Positions 24,019-38,188 of a stretch of 64,000 bases of DNA are shown here, in pieces. The stretch is from Octopus vulgaris (taxonomy: Eukaryota). Both the position numbers and the translations under genes were made by a program. Location: positions 52,824,001 to 52,888,000 of the forward strand of contig OX597826.1 of NCBI GenBank assembly GCA_951406725.2, written 5' to 3'. Within the stretch, counting starts at the first letter, position 1. Each line of letters opens with the position of its first letter. Under the pieces are notes generated by a model, which was not told the DNA's origin, made no database searches, and saw only the letters and a list, made by a program, of their open reading frames with translations.

Positions 24019-24243
24019 TGTATGTATGTGTGTGTATATGTTTGTGTGTCTGCGTTTATCCCCCCTAACATCGCTTGACAACCGATGCTGGTGTGTTTAC
24101 GTCCCCGTAACTTAGCGGTTGGGCAAAAGAGACCGATAGAATAAGTACTAGGCTTACAAAGAATAAGTCCTGGGGTCGATTTGCTCGAGTAAAGGCGGTG
24201 CTCCAGCATGGCCACAGTCAAATGACTGAAACATGTAAAAGAG
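23716..24243 (+). mobile_element. tRNA-derived SINE, family 2 (CORE-like ccttgggcaagt), with an internal microsatellite
   Basis: Head gtggctgtgtggtaag...gggttcag, body ending gaagcccgtcg, variable (TA/CA/TG)n tract, conserved tail ending gactgaaac.agtaaaagag. Further copies at ~14030-14230, 20150-20570(-), 23425-23590(-), 26495-26910, 27520-27735(-), 33590-33770, 38960-39260 and 62185-62628(-). Confidence 0.85.
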
Positions 24244-24250
24244 TATACAC

Positions 24251-24318
<68 letters not shown>

Positions 24319-24379
24319 CTATATTTCAATATGTCCACTCATAATATGTAGTAAATCAGTTATTAAAAAACTAACCGTC

Positions 24380-25430
24380 TCGCCTTCAAATCTGGTATTA
24401 ATTGTAAGCGGCGAAAATTAATCAGACACTTCTTATAGGGTGCGGAGCATAGAAAACGTTACGAACCACTGGTTTGGAGGCTAGTCGGAAAAACTTGTTA
24501 AGAAAAAAATTGTTAAGAAAAACATGTTCCTTTATTGTACGTGCGTGTGGGAATATGTCTGTGTAAGCCTGTGTGAATGTTTGTGAGCATGTGTAATATA
24601 CCTAAATCTGAATGTAGTAGAACAAAAGTTGATTTTACATCAGCTTACGGTGTAAACTAAGTTGTATAAATGTTAGACCACTTAAACATTATCAAACGGA
24701 CAGACACACACACACCTTTGCTATGCATAATATCAAACAGAACAACATTTACTGCACTGCGTTGCGCCTGCCATAAGACTATTTTCATAATAAGTTTTCT
24801 CTTTTGCAGTTGTGGCTAGTCACATGCACATTAAGTTTCAGTTTCTGCTCGTTCTGCAGTTGTTAGACTAAAATTGGAGCAACAGCTGCAGATTGCAGCA
24901 ATAAACCTCAACAAACTTAATACAACTGCCTTACCGTATCTCTCTCTCTCTCTCATCTCTGTTTTCTATCTCACGCATGTTTTTCACATTCTACTACCCT
25001 ACTTCCCACTCTCTCTCTCTCTCTCTCTCTCTGTTTCTCTTTCATTCTCTCCTTTGCTTCCTTTCTCTCTCTATATCTCTGAGTCGACACTTGCAATCGA
25101 CTATGAACTGGTGACAGACGAGACAACAAGCGGCAACGAAAGAACTCGACATCACCCTTATGGCAAGCATTTCACTTGCTTCAGTTTACTTCTATTTTGT
25201 GGTCACTATATCTCAATAAAAGTGCTGCGGATAGTATTGTTTCATTTACAGATGGCCCCAGCTGCAAAACATCTCGGGACATAGCACTGCAGTCGAAACT
25301 TTCTTTCCAGCGTTACCCTTATGAATGGTTATATGTTCGGAAACTCCACTTCTCATTCCTGCATTGAAATCATCCCAAAATGTAAAATGTGACGGGTTAC
25401 AGACACCGAAGTATTGGTGTTGTGAACATT
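24380..25430 (-). repeat. Inner block (B'), right arm of the old inverted duplication
   Basis: Reverse complement of ~15375-16845; lacks the SINE at 15738-15968. Confidence 0.88.
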
Positions 25431-25671
25431 CAAGGGGAAATACATATTTCTTTACTACCCACAAGGGGCTAAACACAGAGAGGACAAACAAGGACAGACA
25501 AACAGATTAAGTCGATTACATCAACCCCAGTGCGTAACTGGTGCTTATTTAATCGACCCCGAAAGGATGAAAGGCAAAGTCGACCTCGGCGGAATTTGAA
25601 CTCAGAACGTAGCGACGGGCGAAATACCGCGAAGCATTTCGCTCGGCGTGCTAACGTTTCTGGAAATACAG

Positions 25672-25868
25672 CACGGAATTTCGTCAGTGAACAGGTCGCG
25701 ATCTCAAAGCGACGAAAATAGTTTGGCAAATTAAATTCAAATGTTGAGGTGAATCTAACGGTTTTTGTGTGTTTCTTAAATGGCTTATAAACATCTCCCA
25801 CGCTGCAATTGTTTTCGTTCCAGCACACGATCTCAGAGCAGGTCACTTGGTATGCAACTACATATCCG

Positions 25869-25871
<3 letters not shown>
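25672..25871 (+). repeat. Unclassified interspersed repeat (second copy ~48350-48545)
   Basis: Shared tcagt.aacaggtcgcg...aagcgacgaaaata...ctgcaattgtttt...acgatctcaga...gtcac...tatgcaa.tacat. Confidence 0.7.
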
Positions 25872-25899
<28 letters not shown>

Positions 25900-25904
<5 letters not shown>

Positions 25905-26063
25905 TATATAGAAGGAGCTTCTACAGGACTAGAACTGTTTCATTCAAGAGAAATCTTCAGGTTCTAGTCCTGTAGAAGCTCCTTCTATATAATAAATTAA
26001 TTTTACTCTGCTATGTATTGAGTACCTTATTTACTGTGGTTAACCCCGAATCAACCCGGGACC

Positions 26064-26068
<5 letters not shown>
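25900..26068. mobile_element. Short hammerhead-bearing fold-back element, copy 1
   Basis: Same sequence as 30022-30250 and 36163-36356; hammerhead core on the minus strand at 25917-25961; in (TA)n. Confidence 0.8.
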
Positions 26069-26129
<61 letters not shown>

Positions 26130-26447
26130 CACAGACACAGACGCAGACACACCCACACACACACACACAAGGGGACACTGAAAAGTTCCTGGCTTTGGGT
26201 CATTTATGCGTTCGGGTATCTGTTTGGCTGCTTAAACTTTGCGTTTTCTATTTTGTCTACTCTATATTTTTCACCTTGGCACTCTTTAAGCACTTCGTAA
26301 ACGATCCATACATTTCAAAATATGTTTAAAATATATTTTATATATATATATATATATCTTATGATAATATATATATATATATATATTTGATGTATATATA
26401 TGTATATACATATATATATATATATATATATGATGTATATATATATG

Positions 26448-26482
<35 letters not shown>

Positions 26483-26956
26483 GATGTATATATATAGGCG
26501 CAGGAGTGGCTGTTTGGTAAGTAGCTTGCTAACCAACCACATGGTTCCGGGTTCAGTCCCACTGCGTAGCATCTTGGGCAAGTGTCTTCTGCTATAGCCC
26601 CGGGCCGACCAATGCCTTGTGAGTGGATTTGGTAGACGGAAACTGAAAGAAGCCTGTCGTATATATGTATATATATATATAAGTGTGTGTGAATATGTTT
26701 GTGTGTCTGTGTTTGTTCCCCCAGCATTGCTTGACAACTGATGCTGGTGTGTTTACGTCCCCGTAACTTAGCGGTTCGGCAAAAGAGTCCGATAGAATAA
26801 GTACTGGGCTTACAAAGAATAAGTCCCGGGGTCGATTTGCTCGACTAAAGGCGGTGCTCCAGCATGGCCGCAGTCAAATGACTGAAACAAGTAAAAAGAG
26901 TAAAAAGAGTTAAAAAATATATATATATATATGTATATACATATATATATGTATAC

Positions 26957-27012
<56 letters not shown>

Positions 27013-27013
27013 G

Positions 27014-27168
<155 letters not shown>

Positions 27169-27177
27169 TATATATAC

Positions 27178-27221
<44 letters not shown>

Positions 27222-27946
27222 TATATATATTGACCATTTAAGAGGATTCCACCTGGCATACCACTCTCCCCCCTCCTTCTTCTTCGCCGCCCCCTTCCTC
27301 TACTACTACTGCTGCTGCTACTTAAACAATCAAAGACAAGAATTCATATCAAACTACCATTGGCTGCTGCCAGCTACCTTGAAGTGACACGAGTAAAAAA
27401 TAGAGACAGTGACAAACACAAAAAAAAAGGAAAACGTCCCTTGCATTTGAAAACTATAGAAATATTTTTAAAAAACATTTCATTTAATTTTTCCACAATC
27501 TAATTTATTCTTTCCAAGCCTAGTACTTATTTTATCGGTTACTTTTGCTGAACCGCCAGGTTACGGGGACGTAAACACACCAGCACCGGTTGTCAAGCGA
27601 TGTTGGGGGGACAAACACAGACACACAAACATATACACACATACATATTCAGTTTCCGTCTACCATATCCACTCACAAGGTTTTGGTCGGCCCGAGGTTA
27701 TAGTAGAAAACACTTGCCCAAGGTGCCACGCAGTAAATATATATATATATATATATATATATTTCTTTACTACCCACAAGGGGCTAAACACAGAGGGGAC
27801 AAACAAAGGCAGACAAACGGATTAAGTCGATTACATCGACCCCAGTGCGTAACTGGTACTTAATTTATCGCCCCCGAAAGGATGAAAGGCAAATTCGACC
27901 TCGGCGGTATTTGAACTCAGAACGTACGGTAGACGAAATACAGCTA

Positions 27947-28488
<542 letters not shown>

Positions 28489-28644
28489 TTAATAAGGGTG
28501 AGAAATTAGATACTAATTTAATAGTATATTTATTCCACACAGTGGCCTAGTGCTACTGGATTATTATAATATTTTATAACATATTATAATATTTTCACAA
28601 AATAAATATAAGAGAGTGTTCACTATATTGATAGTGAACACTCT

Positions 28645-28775
<131 letters not shown>

Positions 28776-29114
28776 GCAGAAGCGTTAGCACGCCGGGCAA
28801 AATGCGTAGCTGTATTTCGTCTACCGTTACGTTCTGAGTTCAAATACCGCCGAGGTCGAAATTGCCTTTCATCCTTTCGGGGGCGATAAATTAAGTACCA
28901 GTTACGCACTGGAGTCGATGTAATCGACTTAATCCGTTTGTCTGCCTTTGTTTCTCCCCTCTGTATTTAGCCCCTTGTGGGTAGTAAAGAAATAAGTATT
29001 TCGTTTGCCGTTACGTTCCGAGTTCAAATTCCGCCGAAGTCGACTTTGCCTTTCATCCTTTCGGAGTCGATTATATATAAATATATACATATATATTTAT
29101 GTATTGTTGTTGTT

Positions 29115-29630
29115 GTCATTGTTGGCCTCCTTTTGTCTCGGGAGACAATGGAGTTGCGCATAAAAATAATCAAGTCTGGTTTTTACATTTCATGTCATTT
29201 ACATCTCCTGCTGCGTAGTCCTATCCAGGACAAACACTCCCTCTGGCAGGTGACGCAGATGTTTGCCACGTTTAACAGCAGCACTGAAGTGCCCACTCCA
29301 GTTTTGTGTAGGCCTGGGCTAGAGGTAAGGAGATCCGGGGTAGCCCAATCGTCAGGATTCCTCTCTTGACCTTGCTGATATAGTCCAAAGGAGTGAAGAG
29401 CATTACGTTTGGCACCAGTTTGGTTGCAGGAGCTAACGGAAGAGTGTCAAGTTGAACACTAAACCGCCAACGGGGCTTCACTTCGGATTTCTTTGAAGGT
29501 TGCCTCCTTTCCGTAACTCTGGTTAGGGGCCCCCATACCAGGTACTGTTAGCCGGAGCCAGCTGAGACCGGGACTCGTGTCAGGCAGGGGCGTCATTCCC
29601 TGAAGTACTGAAGAAAATCTCTACCCTCTA
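29115..29630. mobile_element. Probable RTE-related non-coding retroposon fragment
   Basis: More GC-rich block next to (GTT)n, with a cgtttggcaccag...gcaggag motif reminiscent of RTE 5' regions; from memory only. Confidence 0.35.
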
Positions 29631-29652
29631 CCTACACACACACACGCACGCA

Positions 29653-29707
<55 letters not shown>

Positions 29708-29746
29708 ATGTATGTATGTATGTATGTATGTATGTATATATGTATG

Positions 29747-29800
<54 letters not shown>

Positions 29801-29870
29801 AGCCCGTCATATATATGTATATACGTATATATATATACTTTATTTTAAGCAGCAGAAAATTCAACAAAAT

Positions 29871-29908
29871 CTGTTACTCTGAGTTTCTCGTTGCCGTTCA
29901 TCAGACAG
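29871..29908 (-). ncRNA. Minimal type I hammerhead ribozyme
   Basis: Minus strand: ctgt-CTGATGA-acg gcaa cga-GAAA-ctcagag-TA-acag. Confidence 0.72.
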
Positions 29909-29916
29909 TTTTTGCT

Positions 29917-29947
<31 letters not shown>

Positions 29948-29973
29948 GAAGCCCGTCATATATATGTATATAC

Positions 29974-30021
<48 letters not shown>

Positions 30022-30024
<3 letters not shown>

Positions 30025-30244
30025 GGTCCCGGGTTGATTCGGGGTTAACCACAGTAAATAAGGTACTCAATACATAGCAGAGTAAAATTAATTTATTATA
30101 TAGAAGGAGCTTCTACAGGACTAGAACTGTTTCATTCAAGAGAAATCTTCAGGAAGCTAGTTAACAAGAATTCTTGTTAACTAGCTTCCTGAAGATTTCT
30201 CTTGAATGAAACAGTTCTAGTCCTGTAGAAGCTCCTTCTATATA

Positions 30245-30250
<6 letters not shown>
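30022..30250. mobile_element. Short hammerhead-bearing fold-back element, copy 2 (perfect 160-bp palindrome centred on GAATTC 30168-30173)
   Basis: 30091-30170 is the reverse complement of 30171-30250; flanked by (TA)n. Confidence 0.85.
30183..30233 (+). ncRNA. Type I hammerhead ribozyme (mirror at 30108-30158 on -)
   Basis: agcttc-CTGAAGA-t ttc tctt gaa t-GAAA-cag ttctagtc ctg-TA-gaagct; all three stems present, GUA cleavage triplet. Confidence 0.8.
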
Positions 30251-30296
<46 letters not shown>

Positions 30297-30449
30297 GTAT
30301 ATACATATATATGACGGGCTTCTTCCATCTCCTACCAAACTCATTCATTCTTGAGTGGATTTGGTACACGGAAACTGAAAGCCTTAGAGCTGAAACATGT
30401 AAAAGAATACATACATACATACATACATATATACATATATATATTATAT

Positions 30450-30480
<31 letters not shown>

Positions 30481-30529
30481 AATATATTTATAAATATATA
30501 TATAAATATATATATAAATATATATATAA

Positions 30530-30592
<63 letters not shown>

Positions 30593-30615
30593 ACATATAT
30601 ACATACATACATATA

Positions 30616-31903
30616 CGAGGGGCGTTCAATAAGTAATGCCCCTGACCCACTTCCCATAGCAGTAGAGCAACGAAACTTGGCACAGTTATTCTTTTTCTAC
30701 ATAGGAACCACCCAGAGTTACGCATTTCTCCCATCGTTTGATGCGGCTCTGGAGACCGTTTTTGTAGAAGAACCCAGCTTGGTCCTCCAACCTCAACGTG
30801 ACTTCAGAAATCAAGGCTGCATCATCTGGGAAACGCTTTCCTTTCAAAAACAACTTCATGATTGGGAAGAGGTGAAAATCAGAGGGTGCAAGGTCAGGAA
30901 AGTAGGGGGGATGGGGAGGAGTTCATAGCCATACGCCTGTGCTTCTGATCTGGCGACAAGCGAGTTGTGGACTGGAGCATTGTCCTGCAGGAGGAGGATG
31001 CCTTTGCTGATTTTGCCCCGCCTCTTGATTTTGATAACTTCTCTTAATTTCCTCAAAAGTGAAGCATAATAGGCTCCTGCAATTGTGGTACCCTTTGCCA
31101 GGAAATCTGTCATCACTACTCCGTCCTGGTCCCAGAAGACTGTGAGCATGACCTTGCCAGCGGAGGGCTGCACCCTTGCCTTCTTTGGAGGGGGTGAGTC
31201 ACGGTGCTTCCACTGCATTGACTGGGCTTTGGTCTCTGGATCATCGTGATGGACCCAGGTTTCATCCTGTGTAATCAGGCTTTTGAAAAAGTTTGACTCA
31301 TCTCCGTGGCACATCTCCAAATTCACCCTCGAGCATTCGACGCGTTCTTGCTTCTTGAAAGGCGTGAGCAACCTGGGAATCCATCTGGCAGACACCTTTT
31401 GCATATGCAAATGATCATGAATGATAGTTTCCACAGACCCGGTACTAATCTTGACCTCATGGGCTATTTGGCGAATAATTATGCGTCGATCTTCCAAAAT
31501 GGCAGCCTCAACTTGACGGACAGATGCCTCATCAATGGCAGAAGGGGGCGACCAGATCTGGGAGCTGTTTCCACAGAGTTCCGACCATGTTTGAATTCAC
31601 GATGCCAGCGTTTTACAAGGTCATATGATGGGGCATCATCACCATAAGTTACTTTCATTTCATCAAAAGTCTCCCGTGGTGTGCGTCCTTTCAAATACAA
31701 AAACCGGATCACTGCTCGACACTCAACAGGCTCCATTTCACACTTGACTCGGTTCAAGCACCTGTAAATCAGAAACCACAATTAATTCAGAGCTGTAATT
31801 TGCCACTTACTCTATAGAGATATAAATGATTGCACATGCAAAATTTCAGCTAGATCAAACAACTGCATGTGGGTCAGAGGCATTACTTATTGAACGTCCC
31901 TCG
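30616..31903 (-). mobile_element. Full-length mariner (DD34D) transposon with two frameshifts
   Basis: TIRs CGAGGG(G/A)CGTTCAATAAGTAATGCC.CTGACCCAC with TA flanks. Transposase MEPVECRAVIRFL...WIPRLL...TQDETW...QDNAPVH...PDLAPSDFHLFP. Confidence 0.95.
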
Positions 31904-31927
31904 TATATATATATATATATATACATG

Positions 31928-31977
<50 letters not shown>

Positions 31978-31991
31978 CATACATACATACA

Positions 31992-32026
<35 letters not shown>

Positions 32027-32404
32027 GAGTCTGTGTGTGTGTCTTCCTGACTATTTATACCCACCACCATCTCTCTCTCTCTCTCACAGATATACACAAT
32101 GAATAATCGCACCGAATAATCCACACGTTGTTGAAAAATAGATTTAGGTGAGATGACCCGGAAGTTGTTCTTCGATTATTGTCGTAAACAGCATGTTTCT
32201 TCAGCTGAATACACGTTGATGAATGGTTAAAATTACGCAAATACGGCAACTTTAACACGAAATAGCTTCTAAAAAACTAAATTTTGTCAAAGATGCTGAA
32301 AGAAAACCGTGTTCAGCGTGAGAAATTACACAAGTATACAAAGTTTCAAACTGTTTAGTTAAAAAGGAATAATTAAAAAATCTGTGAGCCAAACTGAAGA
32401 GTTT

Positions 32405-33446
32405 TTGCGCGCGTGTGAGCATGCATATGGCGCGGAATGGGCGTCTTTATTGATTAAATCGCGCTCTGTACAGTATTGTTACTTCACTTTATCGACCTTA
32501 GAAATGAAAAATTCAACTTGGTGGGATTTGCATTCAGAACGTAAAGATCCCGAACAAATATTGTACGGCATCTATTTCAACACTATGACGAAGTCAATCA
32601 GTTGAAATTCAAACTGGGTCCCGCCAAGTTTCTGACCGTGCAGTAGCAGCAGTGATCGTGTCTAGACTATAACAAATCTACGCTCAATGAATTTAGTTCA
32701 AACAGTATTTGCCTTTTTCTTCTTGTTTTTTTTTTTTTTTTCGTGCTTTTGGCGGGTAGAAAATATTTAGAGAATTGCTACTCTCCCAACATCCATCTAA
32801 TGTTCAAGAATCTAAATCTGTGTTCAATTTAATTTGGGTTTTCTTTTTTTCTTTTACAAGAGAAATAGCGAAGCCACTAAACGTGGTATCCTAACCAGGT
32901 TAAAGTGCGTGGAAGCTTTCTATCCTGTTTTTATTTTTTTTTTATCAGAACGTCAACGTATTGGATGAAACATAGCACTCCTTAAGTAGATATTCCCGGT
33001 CAACAGAACACTGGGAAGTTGCCACGTTGCTTGTATGTAAGCTCCCAGCCAAGGCCTCCCCAGCATTTTACAGATTCACTAGTAATAACTTTCCGATTTC
33101 TGTACCATACCCTCCAACCGATGAATTCTTCCGCTGTTGACCAATCACTACATATTCATCAAAATATTGGCCATTTGACAATCAACCTTTATATCCATAT
33201 CTATCTATGTATCTATTTTGAAGGGTCGCTCTACGTTTCCACCACTTGTGGACAGGATCTGTAGCCGATTAGCGCTACAAATAGACTATTATAGCTAACT
33301 AAATTGGTTAGAAACAGGTTATATATGCAAGCAAGCAATATCTTATCTCCTATTCTGTTTGATCCGGTCAAACTGGCTACACATTCATTGCCAACACGAA
33401 GAGAGATAGATAGGGAAGGGTTTTTAAGAAGTTTAGATAGACAGAC
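32405..33446 (-). repeat. Outer block (A'), right arm of the old inverted duplication
   Basis: Reverse complement of ~12072-13205. Confidence 0.9.
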
Positions 33447-33485
33447 ACACACACACACACACACAGAAATAAATTTTCTCATTTA

Positions 33486-33539
<54 letters not shown>

Positions 33540-34046
33540 GTGCGTGTGAGTGTGTATGTGTGTGTGTGTGTGTGTGTGCGTGTGTGTGTTAGGTTGTCCT
33601 CCACCCAACGCTTGACAACCGGTGTTGGTGTGTTCATGCCTCCGTAACTTACCGGTTCGGCAAAAAGTCGCCGAGAGAATAAGCACCTGAGCAGGAGTCG
33701 ATTCATTCGACTAAAAATTCTTCAAGACCGTTGCCCGGCATGACCGCAGTCTAATGACTGAAACACGTAAATATTAAAAAATAGATAAATATATTTTTAA
33801 AAAAAATAAACCCTGGCCTTGTTTCTAAATCAGAAACTTTTATCAATCCGGGTAGAGGGTGCAGTATTGGCAGAATCGTTAGAGCACCGGATAAAATGTC
33901 AGACGATATTTAGATTTAGCTCTTCGCATTCAGGGCTCAGATCCCAACAAAGGCAACATTACCTTACATCCTTCTGAGTTCGATAAAGTAAAGAAACAAT
34001 TAAGAACAGGTGTGGATTTAGTCGATAATCTCTCTCTCTCTCTGTC

Positions 34047-34097
<51 letters not shown>

Positions 34098-34379
34098 CAC
34101 ACGCGCACATGATGAGTTTGCACCTGAATTTGAAATTACTATTATTTTATCCAGCGGAATGGAAGGTCATTGAACTGGAAAGTTGTCTGACTACTTCGTC
34201 GAGCAAGTGCTTACGCTGTTGTTCGATCTGTCTGATATGGTAGCCAACTAAATCTTTTTCATAAACACTCACTGTTGTGGAAGGCACATGGGCTAATTAT
34301 AGTTCTTCATATCACGAACCACATCCTTTTACTACTAACTGAAAGTAAAAACTTAGTTGGGGTCGTTTTCTCTGTTCTT

Positions 34380-34411
<32 letters not shown>

Positions 34412-36082
34412 TGAAATGGATAAATGAATTATCTTGTTAAGGATTATTCAAAATTTAACCGATACCTGGGTAGCAAAAATCACAACAGAAAAAACACGGT
34501 TGAAGTTACGACCTTGGGGTGTCGCAACCGTGCCTTAGCGCGGATAATTGAAGTTTAATATATTTAGTGAAGGGAAGAAATGGAGCTGAACGAAGATTCT
34601 ACAGAATTCCTTTTATTATTTTCTACACATGTTTCAAAGGCCGCAAATTTCCAAATTCGGACTGAATAAGGAGACCATTTTGCAGCTTTCTCTTCAGGAA
34701 AATCCAGGAATTTAAAACTCCAAAACAATATATATATATTCTTTTAATTATAGGCACCAGTCCTGAGTAATTATGCATTAACCGTATCACTTGTAATATA
34801 TGAGAGACAAGAGGCCAAGTAAATGCCAATGTCGCAGTTCATCGGGTAACTCGATAACAAAAAGACAAATTCTAAATTGAAGAAATCCTGTCTAGTTATA
34901 CTTTTTTCCTTGAGGATGGAATGGTAAAATAATTATGAGATAAGTACCGAAAATTAATGAATTCATTTCAATATGCCTTCAGATTCGTGGCATTGTTAAA
35001 CAATCAGAAATCATAATTGGTTTCAAATTTTGACATAAGGTCATCAATTTCGGGTGAAGGTGTAAGTCAATTACATCGACCCCAGTGCTCAACTGGTACT
35101 TATTTTATCGACACTGAAAAGATGAAGCCAAAATAGGCCCCGGCGAAACTTGAATTCAAAGTGTAGCGACGGACGAAATGCCGCTAAACATTTTGCCCGG
35201 CGTGCGAACGACTTTGCCAGCTCGCTTCCTTCAGAATTCGATAACATAATTAAACATTATTTGGAAGCTAATGGTTCACAGTAAGGTAGATAACCATGAC
35301 TAACATTAAAAGAGTTAATTCCCTTGAATAAGTAATTTTGTATTTCTTTTCGGTTCATAAACATATTGTTAGGAGTTGATTTTTAACAGCATAAATTTTC
35401 TGGTAGCATAAACTTTTTGGTTGATATTAAATAGATTAATATGTACAGAATAGATTGAGCAAATCAAGCATTTTCATTATTGGCTGATAGAAAAACTACG
35501 ACCTTGATAAACCCGTTGGATTATGTAGTCCAAGATGCACTGGTGCGGTAAAATGTGCGTAATGCCTATGAACAAACGATTGTAGGATCTAATCTAACTT
35601 GCGGCTAAATAAAAACAATAACAAAGAAAACAACAAATTAAATTTTGGTGGGGCTCGCACATTGCTATGTAAATCAACGGTTGAGAAAGCGTCAGGAAAA
35701 AAAGAAAAAAATTGAGTCATTTGTCCCAGCTTCCTATATTCTAAGTTCAAATCCCAAGCATGGAAACATTGACTTTCAGATTTTCGAGATCGACAGAGTA
35801 AATTACCTGTCAACTAATGGACGGGCTACATCTTCTCCCCCAGGACTGATGGCCTTGTACGCAAATTAGAAACCATGTCTGACCGGGTGAAGTGGAGTTA
35901 ATTTCTACGTACGATCAGTAACTAAAGGGAAGCAAATCCTGCAAATCTTATCATCCATTGTACAATGCCAAATTTCAAAAGCCACGTATCGTATATACTT
36001 TTAATTAAAGGTTTCTTTTTAATGATAATAAAAGGCAGACCATACGTGTATGTATGTATGTATTTATGTATGGATGTATGTC

Positions 36083-36127
<45 letters not shown>

Positions 36128-36129
36128 AC

Positions 36130-36162
<33 letters not shown>

Positions 36163-36166
<4 letters not shown>

Positions 36167-36351
36167 GGTCCCGGGTTGAGTCGGGGTTAACCACAGTAAA
36201 TAAGGTACTCAATACATAGCAGAGTAAATTAATTTATTTTATAGAAGGAGTTCTACAGGACTAGAACTGTTTCATTCAAATGAAATCATCAGGAAGCCGA
36301 TGATTTCTTTTGAATGAAACAGTTCTAGTCCTGTAGAAGCTCCTTCTATAA

Positions 36352-36356
<5 letters not shown>
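36163..36356. mobile_element. Short hammerhead-bearing fold-back element, copy 3
   Basis: Minus strand 36251-36297: gcttc-CTGATGA-tttcatttgaat-GAAA-cagttctagtcctg-TA-gaa; truncated mirror at 36297-36340; in (TA)n. Confidence 0.8.
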
Positions 36357-36425
<69 letters not shown>

Positions 36426-36547
36426 TTTAAAAAGGGTGAAATTTGAATATTAATTTGATTGATATCAGTTTAAAACCAGTGGTCTAGCATTTTGAAATCT
36501 GAAGGTTCAGAAAAATTATATTACATACATATAAGAGGGATGACTTC

Positions 36548-36669
36548 TACGTGGAGACCCCTTATGCTAGAAGTAGATCTGCTATGTTCTTACCACTAAG
36601 AAAGGATTGTTCTCAAGAAAAATTTAGCAAACGCCAGAACATAAGCGAGCAAGACAAATGAAAAGAAAA

Positions 36670-36719
<50 letters not shown>

Positions 36720-36846
36720 GTATGTACGTGGAGACCCGTTATGCTAGAAGTAGATCTGCTATGTTCTTACCACTAAGAAAGGATTGTTCTCAAGAAAAAT
36801 TTTGCAAACGCCAGAACATAAGCGACCAAGATAAATGAAAAGAAAG

Positions 36847-36855
<9 letters not shown>
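36548..36855 (+). repeat. Tandem direct duplication of ~125 bp plus microsatellite
   Basis: tacgtggagaccc...aaatgaaaagaaa at 36548-36670 and 36725-36847, with a few substitutions. Confidence 0.9.
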
Positions 36856-36912
<57 letters not shown>

Positions 36913-37951
36913 GATGTGTGTATGTATGTATGTATTTATACACACGCATATAACACCCGATATTGAATTATATATAAATTAAACGATTAAAATGGGTTGA
37001 TAAAATACAATATAATGAAATAGAATAAAAGCAGAATCTTAAACAAGAAAATAATATGTGTATATAACAGTCGAAGGTTTTCTTTAAGAAATATGTCGAA
37101 ATATATACCATAACTTTGCGATGCGGAATAAATCATTCATAATAAGAAGCAAATCTAACAGTGTTATTAAAAACAAGTCCAATAATCAAAAATATATGCT
37201 ATCCATATGGTATATTGCTAGCCGACATTTTAAATTCAGCTGCGTGTCTGCAGGAATTCAAGAGTTCGCTTCTTTGATTACATGAGTTATTGTCCTGGAA
37301 CAAAATGAAATATTTTTCCTGAAGGAATAAATTACATTTGATGGGTCTTTTATGTGCAGCGTACCTATTTACCTTTGCGCGCCCCTCCCCTTCTCTTACT
37401 AACTTCTTTAACTAACTGTTACTTATAAGATCCTTCCCTTTTCTTTTTCTTTCCCCCTCTCTGCATTTTACTTCTAATCTATATGTATACACCAAGTGAT
37501 TTTTGCATGCGAGCATGATTGCGTACATATGTATACGTATGTATATGTGTTTTTGCGTGTATATTTACGTCTTACATGTATGTCTGCATATGTATGTAGT
37601 CTGTGTATATCCATCTGTGTACTTTGATGTATATATGTATATTGATGGTTTAGTATGCGTATATACTGTTGTAAAATATTAAAATTTTTACTGTATTAAT
37701 TGTATTAATCGAATTATATTTCATATATATTTATTGACAATATGTATTTTGAATCCGCTCTTCGATTTAAGGTTTTTCCTCAATTTTTTATAATAGGATG
37801 AATTTATATTGAATTCATTTATTTAGTTTATTTTGTTTATTGCATGCTTAAGACCGTTATTTGAAAGGACCAATGAAACAAACCCAGTTTTAAAGGGGTA
37901 TCCCGTAACTAGTTTTGATCACATCATTATTTCTGTTCTATTTTGACAAAA

Positions 37952-37989
37952 TTGCCCGACGAACGGGAACGTGAAACTCTGAGTAACAA
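37952..37989 (+). ncRNA. Degenerate hammerhead motif, same family as 29871-29908
   Basis: ttgc-CCGACGA-acg ggaa cgt-GAAA-ctctgag-TA-acaa; U4>C change in the core. Confidence 0.55.
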
Positions 37990-38094
37990 CTTTTGTTATA
38001 TTTCTGCTGCTTTTGAATAAGGTATATTACTCTATCTCTGGTATTTGAGTACCCTTTTTTCCACCTTGTTTCACATTTATGTGCTTACTCCGGC

Positions 38095-38138
<44 letters not shown>

Positions 38139-38139
38139 G

Positions 38140-38188
<49 letters not shown>

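Noticed and set aside
32885-32900. CCTAACC in the conserved duplicated block as a telomerase RNA template
   Set aside because: Only 7 nt, would template TTAGG rather than TTAGGG, and no pseudoknot or H/ACA features were seen
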